DNA from: Hydrurus foetidus | Lineage: Eukaryota | NCBI GenBank assembly: GCA_900617105.1 | Contig: UYFQ01000682.1 | Span: forward strand, 1 to 64,000 | Length of the DNA: 64,000 bases | Direction of reading: 5' to 3' | In this document: positions 25,592 to 64,000 of the stretch, piece by piece | Position numbering within the stretch: position 1 is the first letter of the stretch | How the letters are laid out: every line of letters starts with the position of its first letter | Translations under genes and position numbers: made by a program | Notes under the pieces: model-generated | The model's input: only the letters and a program-made list of their open reading frames with translations | Told to the model about the DNA's origin: nothing | Database searches by the model: none

Positions 25592-28500
25592 TCAATGCTG
25601 GTTAATTTGTTGGTAAGGAGGTAGACCAGAATTAACAGCCTGTAAAAGAGCAAAGGAAAAATAAAAATAGTAGCAGTAAATGAGTATAATAATACGGATT
25701 TGAATTCTAAATAAAAAGTAAAGACATGAAATTTTAGATTCGAAAAAATGTCATCAAATCGATGGTAACTAATCTACACAGTATGACATTTATCATCCCC
25801 AGGGAAATTAACATGTATCAACTTAAAATAGGATAAGATCAATCAAAATAAAAGAGAAGACGTAAGCACGTGTATATTTATGTACGTAGATACGTACGTA
25901 CTTACCTCGTGGCATTGCGCCCTTATGACGCTAATGGGAACGTTCTTCGTTTCGATGGCAGGATGGATTTTAACGTACACGTGGCGGATGGGAGCGAGAG
26001 GGAGAAGTGCACTTGACGGCATCCACCTTTAAGGGGAAGAGGAGCAGGGAGAAAAAAGAGAGGAGAAAAGTGAATAAGTAAAATAGAAGATAAAAACTGT
26101 ATTTGAAGGAAAAAATGAAAAGAGAGTGAAGGGGAAAAGTTGAAGAGAGAAAATAATGAGATTGTTTTACTTCTCACGGGGTGCTAGCATAAAACTAAAA
26201 GCACTAAAATTAACACGCTGCATTGCAGTCAGAATCGCAATGCCACCATTTCCCGCAATAAATTAACATCATATCAAATATTTCCGACTGAAATATGAGC
26301 AAAATATTCTATTACGTCATTCAATCGTACCCAATAGACACAAAAAAATCAAAATCTTCAATAAGAGTAATTTTTAATATCTACTTTGATTGATTTCATT
26401 CTTTGCCTTTAGTACGTACATTCTTTTTGTTCTCATCAATTTATTAGTGTTTATATTTTTTACCTGTGCAAGTTTCCGATGCTCACTGGAACGATTTTCA
26501 CGCCTGCTGCTTTGGCCATTTGAAATGCGCCCTTTTTAAATCTATTTTATTTGAATGTTCGTCATAAAATCTAATAAACTTCAATCGTATCATATCAATT
26601 CAATTCTAATCAAATCAAATCAAGTCAAATCAAATTTAGTTTAATATAATAAAATCAATGTCAAAAAGACCTCGTCTCTTCATTTAAATCAAAATGTAGT
26701 CAAAATATATACAGACCAACATAATCAATATAACATCAATGTATTTCACTTACAATTGATTTAATATATTCATGATAAAATATTCATCATCATGAATAAA
26801 TTAAATCAAAGTGCATCTAATGACATCAAATGCAATCAACGTAATATCAAATTAGTCAAACGAAGTTCAATGCAAGATATTTCACTCACGCTCTCAGACT
26901 TCCATCCGGAGATCGAGTGCCCTCCGCGAACAAAACCAGAGAGTTGCCGTCCATCAACTGAAAGGGAGGGAGGGAACGAAGGGAAGAGAAGAGAAGAGAA
27001 GGAAGAGAAGGGAAGAGAAGAGAAGAGAAGAGAAGAGAAGAGAAGGGAAGAGAAGAGAAGAGAAGAGAAGAGAAGAGAAGAGAAGAGAAGAGAAGAGAAG
27101 AGAAGGGAAGAGAAGAGAAGAGAAGAGAAGGGAAGAGAAGAAATGACGGGAAATGGATGAAATGAAGGGAAATGGAAGAAGTGAAGGAAAAGAGGGAGAG
27201 AAAGAGAAATGAAGAAATTGGAGTTTAGAGAAAACACAGAAAAGGAAAGTGATATGACGGGAAAAGGGGTGAGGGAGTGAGAGTAACATAGAGTAAAAGG
27301 GGAGACAGCTACTGCAATACAATACACTACACTACACTACACTACACCACACTACACTACACCACACCACACCACACCACACTCTCTCACACTCTCACCC
27401 GCTCAACGCATCTGTCGGACACTTCCAGCGTGCTCCTCAAATCGTCTCGGATAAGGAACACGTGTTTGGCCAATTTCATCGCCCACCCAATCACTGGTAT
27501 GTCCATGATCTCAGACTGGGTAAATAATGTGGCAAATAATGATGGTGAGATGTGTTGAAAATTGATAGTGGTGGGATTTATTGACGTTGACAAGACGCAT
27601 AGATGTGTTTGTGTTCACATTGATAATAATGATGAATAATAGTAACAATAACTGATGTGTTAATACTGGTAACAGTGAGTTATGTTGATACGTAACAGTG
27701 AGTTATGTTGATACGTAACAGTGAGTTATGTTGATACGTTACAGTGAGTTATGTTGATACGTAACAGTGAGTTATGTTGATACGTAACAGTGAGTTATGT
27801 TGATACGTAACAGTGAGTTATGTTAATACTGGTAACAGTGAGTTATGTTGATACGTAACAGTGAGTTGTGTTAATACTGGTAACAGTGAGTTATGTTGAT
27901 ACGTAACAGTGAGTTATGTTGATACGTAACAGTGAGTTATGTTGATACGTAACAGTGAGTTATGTTGATATGTTACAGTGAGTTATGTTGATACGTAACA
28001 GTGAGTTATGTTGATACGTAACAGTGAGTTATGTTGATACGTAACAGTGAGTTGTGTTGATACGTAACAGTGAGTTATGTTGATACGTAACAGTGAGTTA
28101 TGTTGATACGTAACAGTGAGTTATGTTGATACGTAACAGTGAGTTATGTTGATACGTAACAGTGAGTTATGTTAATACTGGTAACAGTGAGTTATGTTGC
28201 TACGTAACAGTGAGTTATGTTGATACGTAACAGTGAGTTATGTTGATACGTAACAGTGAGTTATGTTGATACGTAACAGTGAGTTATGTTGATACGTAAC
28301 AGTGAGTTGTGTTAATACTGGTAACATTGAGTTATGTTGATACGTAACAGTGAGTTATGTTGATACGTAAAAGTGGTTTGGGTTGTCACAGATAGTAATG
28401 AGGTGTGCGAACATAGTTAAGGACGTGTTGCAAATCTTTCTATTCTTTACAAATCATTGCAATTCTGTGGTGTGGAGATGTCTATTTTCAACGACACTTT

Positions 28501-30653
28501 CGAAACCATTAAAATCAGGAAAAGAGTGGGGTCTTTTTATTGAGAAAAGTTTCGCCAGTGTGATATTGATAATATTGAAATGCCATAAATTGCAATAGCA
28601 AAAACAGTGAGTTATTATCATTCAAAGAAGGAATGTTGTTCAAAGGTGGTAGGATTGCTGAGCTTACTTTTGAGAGGTATTTGAATGGCCTAGGGACGAA
28701 GCCGCTCATCACTAAGATGTCTATGAAAGAGGTGTGGTTGGGCACGTACACAACCGTCTGTATGTGGAATAAAGGAAAAGAAAGGAAAAGAGGGAGGATG
28801 AGAAGAGAGGGATGAAATGAAACAAAATAAGGAATAAGAAGAAGAAGGAGTGATGGAAAAGGAGGGTAAAAGGAAGGAAGGGAGGGAGGGAGGGGGGAGA
28901 TCCGAGGGAGGGAGGGAGGAAGAGGGAGGGAGGGAGGGAGGGAGGATGAGAAAAGAAAGAAAAGAAAGGAGGAAGGGAGGGAGGAGAGCGGTGACATGAA
29001 TAAAAGCCATCGAAAGAAGGAAGATAGATGAGGCTGGATAATTATCGACTTAAATACACAGATTAATTCATTTCAGTTCATTACATTCGATCTACGGAAG
29101 TATCGAGCAGGAGATTCAGAGATATGGCAGAGAGAAAGAGTGGTGAGAGAAGTGAATCACCCATCCAATACACGACGTGCTAGGTGGGTGGGTGAGAGGA
29201 AGGGGTGGTGAGGGGGGGAGAAAGAGAGGGGGGGGAGAGGGTACAGGGAAGGGGAGGAGAGAGGGGGGATAGGGAGAGTAGAAGGGGGAGGGGAAGAGGA
29301 GGAGATAAGAGAGGGCTTAATGAATAAGAACAAGGAGAGAACAGATGGTAAGAAGAGAAGAGAAGAGAACAGATGGGTAAAAGAAGAGAAGAGAGGAGAG
29401 GAGAAGAGAAGAGAAGAGAAAGGAAACAATGTGAAAAATTGGTGAAAGTAAAGAAGAAAATGAAAAATCATGCTGGATATGAAAGAAAGAGAGATGAGGA
29501 GGAGGATGGAGAGGGGTGCGTACTGTTTGAGAAGAGAGTGAAGAGAGACTTTAGATTACACAAGTGCACATGAATCATCGACATAAGTGTACACAAGTAC
29601 CAATTGATAGTGAGTACGCATCAATTATCTACGAGATGGGAGATAGATAAGAAGAGCTGATATTTGTCATATTTACGGATTTGCCCACCTTTCCGTTTCC
29701 AGTGATATCGCATATTCCGGAGAGACAAACCATGAAGGGTAACACAACTGAAAAATGTGGTTAAGTATGCGATTGAATAAATGTATGAAGAAGGGAAAGA
29801 ATGAAGATAGCAATAAATTAATTAATTGATCTAATTAATGGCTGAGTGAGTAAAAAAATGAAACGAAATAAATCGTACACCAAATAAATTGTAAATGAAT
29901 AAAAGATGAATAGTTACATGTCGGAGTTGGATCTAATTCATTTTAAAAAATCAGAGTAGAAATGCGGATAAGGAAAATTTCTGTGATCAAATAAAATAAC
30001 ACTTCAAAAAACATAAAAATTCAAGAAATTTCAATAGATATTAAGAAATTCAAAAAACTGCATTTCCCTTTCAAATCCAAGCATACACTAACCAAAAAAA
30101 GGAAGGAAAGTGTACGTACGAAACAAAAATACGACGCACAATATAACGTACGTACCAAGAGCGACCGTGAAAGTTGTGAGTGCGTACATCAGTCCCCAGA
30201 TATTAAGAATCTTCCCCTTTATCTTCAAATGGGGCCCGAACGGAACGGGCCGACTCATGGACATGTACAGGGGATTCAAAAGATTCCTGGGAAAAAAGGA
30301 AGAAATAGAAGAAGGGAAGAATAAGAGAAAGGAGAAAAAGAAGAAAGAGAAGAGTAACAAGGTGGAATAGAGGGAGTTCAGAAGATTCCTGATAGAAATA
30401 AAGAGAATACATCTTAAAATACCAAATGAGAACAAGATAAATGAACATCACAAAATAATGTAAAACTAATATAATCGATAAAAATACCTAATTTTCATTA
30501 TTCCTCCATCTCCATTTTTGTCTTCGCCCAATACAATTGAACTGAATAATGTTGTCTGTGGTGATTTTCGTGCTTTCGTATTAATACTCCGTAACACGGT
30601 ATTTTCCATTCTTTTATTTGATATTTTTCCCATTTGAAATGCATAGCCGAAAT
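25592..30653 (-). CDS. plsC: 1-acyl-sn-glycerol-3-phosphate acyltransferase (LPAAT/PlsC), plastid type; first exon not resolved
   Basis: Exons 30653-30488, 30286-30156, ~29747-29689, 28757-28668 (VVYVPNHTSFIDIL, the NHxxxxD motif), 27515-27399 (IPVIGWAMKLAKHVFLIRDD), 26957-26890 (VLFAEGTRSPDG), 26541-26464 (FKKGAFQMAKAAGVKIVPVSI), 26026-25906 and 25639-25592 (TGA). A ...YAF-Q motif near 30640 fits a signal-peptide cleavage site. The segment near 29040-29180 is damaged. Confidence 0.9.
26981..27142. repeat. (AGAAG)n microsatellite, intronic
   Basis: Directly visible. Confidence 0.95.
27655..28370. repeat. Intronic minisatellite, 23-bp unit GTAACAGTGAGTTATGTTGATAC (~30 copies) with a 25-bp variant ending TTAATACTG
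   Basis: Directly visible head-to-tail array with no unique spacers, inside an LPAAT intron. Confidence 0.95.
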
Positions 30654-33287
30654 CTGGTATAAATGAAATGAATTTCAAATTAAGTGAGATAAATATGAAT
30701 GTATTGAAATTGTAATGAAGAGGAGGGAGGGACACTAAAAGTGCACATCAAAATCTATTGTTAATGTGCTGTAGAATATTCAATACGTGGTTGCGAGGAC
30801 TTCAAGTTAACATCATGAAAGAAAACACAACAACTACTATTCAAATATACTGAAAATCATCTAGAATGTTCTCGAGAACAATACTGGGATAAATTTATTA
30901 GATGTACGGTGTAAACCAGATCACGCAATCAAATGCAAATTGTCTCAATACTACGGTCAAAATATTTTTTCTGAATCAAAATAGTCTCTTAGTATTTAGA
31001 GCGTTAATCAATTAAATCATATTTCATACTCTACTCGATTACACTTTATTTCTATTCCTCTATAATGTGACACTTCTTAAATTGACGACCTATTCATCAA
31101 ATTTCATTTAAAGATCAACATTTTAGGACGACAGCTATTCTAATCCAAAGCAGCGCCATTCAAACACTCAGATGACCGATGTTATGTCACTCCAAATCCA
31201 TGCAATCCATGCAGGTGATGTGTAGACATCAAGATAATAATTACTGCTGAAAAAATCATATCGGTAAACATTTCTCCTACTCTAATTTTGGTAACCATCA
31301 GACTTGTACAACTTTCTTATAATCTCTTCCAGCTATCTGACGCAGAAACAGAATGTGCATCACACTGCAATACTGTAGCTACCCTTAACTCGTTCTGTAG
31401 AGTCATCCGTAGGGAGCAGTTGTTCTTATTGCTGGACTCAAACCCATTGAGGAGATACTCTCATAAGCGAATTCGTGAAATCGCTACGAAGCATCATGAG
31501 AGTAACTATCTTCTACAACTGTCATCACATCAGTGGCACCAATGCTCTTCGTTTAGCTCGTTTGTAATATCTGAAATGTGAATCACAAAAGAGACGCTCA
31601 TAGCTCAGCAAAGACCAGCAGCTTTTCCTTACAATGAATCTTCGTACACCATGTCATTCACACTATTCCTAAGCATCACTGTGAATGAAACTAAGCTATC
31701 TTACTTTGCAGTCCAAGAATTACTCCACAGAGAGCTATAAATCGGACCATATTCTTGCTCATCATTGTCTTATTCTCGTACGAGTCAAATTCAGGAGGTC
31801 GATGGTAAGTTGACTTTCAGATTATGAGCGATCTCTTTCTCCGTACCAAATCTTGCACTGTACAATTTAATCTAGTTTTTCCAGAGATTGCAGTCCTCTT
31901 AGTTCACTCCTAACAGCATAGCCATCCAACAATGGAGCAGAAGCGGTGAATCATCGAACATGTTACAGATAAGAGAGATAAAGACGGAGATAACGGTGAG
32001 AGAGAAAGAGTCTTGAGTTCTCGAGTACGTTTGAGTGGAATCGATTTGTGGTTGAAGGTCCGAGATCCCCATCCAATAAAATCCTTTTGGAATTTAGATC
32101 CTAGATCCTTGCAATCCACTTCAACTACCTGTACGTACTGTACTGTACGTGATCTGTACAGTAGTGTGTACGTGATCATGGATCGATCCATAATAACGAG
32201 TTTATCGCATCCATGAAGTTCCCGCGCAGTAAATTTTCGTGCATGATGTAATTCTGGCATTTTGTTACATTTCGTCAAAATAATGCTCCAGACGATATGC
32301 AAGATTCCTCTACCCAAGACAGGACAAGAAAAAAATCACACCATGTAGGAAATTCACAACTAAGTATTCAAAAGTTCATTACAATAAAGTATAAATGTTC
32401 GACTAATGAAGAATCTTATTTTTTGGATTTTTAATCATCAATTATCCCAGATGAAAACGCTTTTGATATGGATCGTAATAGAAAAGCAGAGCAGTAAAGA
32501 ATGCTTTTAGTACTATCAAATCCTTGATAATGCTTGACTTCGTTATCTTGTATTTCGGATGACTTTTATAGTCCAAGTTCATTGGATTCCTTGTGTCCGA
32601 TTTCCACTGAGTGTTTCAAACCCGAATTCTTCAACATCCGGAATCCAAGCAAGCGATAACTATGTTACCTTCACTTTGGCGCATTTCATGTCCATGGCAG
32701 TGATTTGTAATTCAGGCTTCAGAAACTAGCATAACTTCTGGATAAGAAATGAATTAGCAATATGAATTTGGGCGCGTCAACCAAAGTTTTCGCATTCTCT
32801 GTAGTTGTTTCAAATCGATCATCTTCGTCCAAACTGTTAATAGGAATATATTCGTTCTTGCTCTCTATCGCGATAACTAAGTCAGCGAAAACTTCTATGT
32901 CAATTTCAGATGATTGCAGGTAAGTGTGCCGCTCTGCTATTAAAAGTGATCCATTATTCTGCACCCTCATCGCCTAAAGTAATGTTGAAGTGTGGAGTTG
33001 CAAGTATGCCACTTCCTAACTTTTATTTGTTAACTTACTCCTTTGTGAAACGGACAGTCACGAAATCTATCTCGGATCCCGATCTCCGTTTGAAAAAGCT
33101 GAAATATTTCTTGCAAGCTGTTACTCTCGCTGTCATCACTACGATTGAGACGTTCAGGACGTCTCGTTACGCTGAATCCTTCAAGCAATAAGGTTTCTTG
33201 TTCCGAGTAATCTTCTCTGTAAATTGCCGTGAAAATAAAAGCACGGCAAAGTCAAACTCAGCAACTGGAGTAAACTTCTTCTAAGCC

Positions 33288-64000
<30,713 letters not shown>

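Noticed and set aside
27655..28370. CRISPR array
   Set aside because: Units are head-to-tail with no unique spacers, there are no cas genes, and the array sits in a eukaryotic intron.
31100..31320. First exon of LPAAT (candidates MALLWIRIAVVLK or MIFSAVIIILMS)
   Set aside because: Neither has a convincing phase-compatible donor, so the start is left unresolved.
31288..32700. Short ORFs or a TE relic in the LPAAT-EML intergenic region
   Set aside because: No recognisable motifs, termini or splice structure.

Overview
AT-rich, intron-dense eukaryotic nuclear DNA, most likely from a plastid-bearing stramenopile (inferred from a signal peptide + Phe bipartite presequence). I rebuilt four multi-exon genes by hand from GT-AG junctions: (1) a KLHDC4-like kelch/DUF4110 gene (-, 124-11426, ~21 exons); (2) a plastid-type RseP/ARASP M50 metalloprotease with PDZ domain (+, 19539-24516, 10 exons); (3) a plastid-type LPAAT/PlsC (-, 25592 to at least 30653, first exon unresolved); (4) a very large EF-hand + EML5/6-like multi-WD40 gene (+, 33288 to beyond the window end, ~60 exons). 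Between genes 1 and 2 lies a ~7.5 kb pile of decayed transposons: a PIF/Harbinger transposase remnant, the 5' half of a Copia (CoDi-like) element joined in frame to the 3' half of a chromodomain Gypsy element, and the 3' end of a second chromodomain Gypsy. The two Gypsy 3' UTRs share a 24-nt hairpin motif. Introns hold many microsatellites, a 23-bp minisatellite and three palindromic MITE-like elements. Most ORFs in the supplied track are repeat artefacts. All family assignments come from motif recognition, not database searches.
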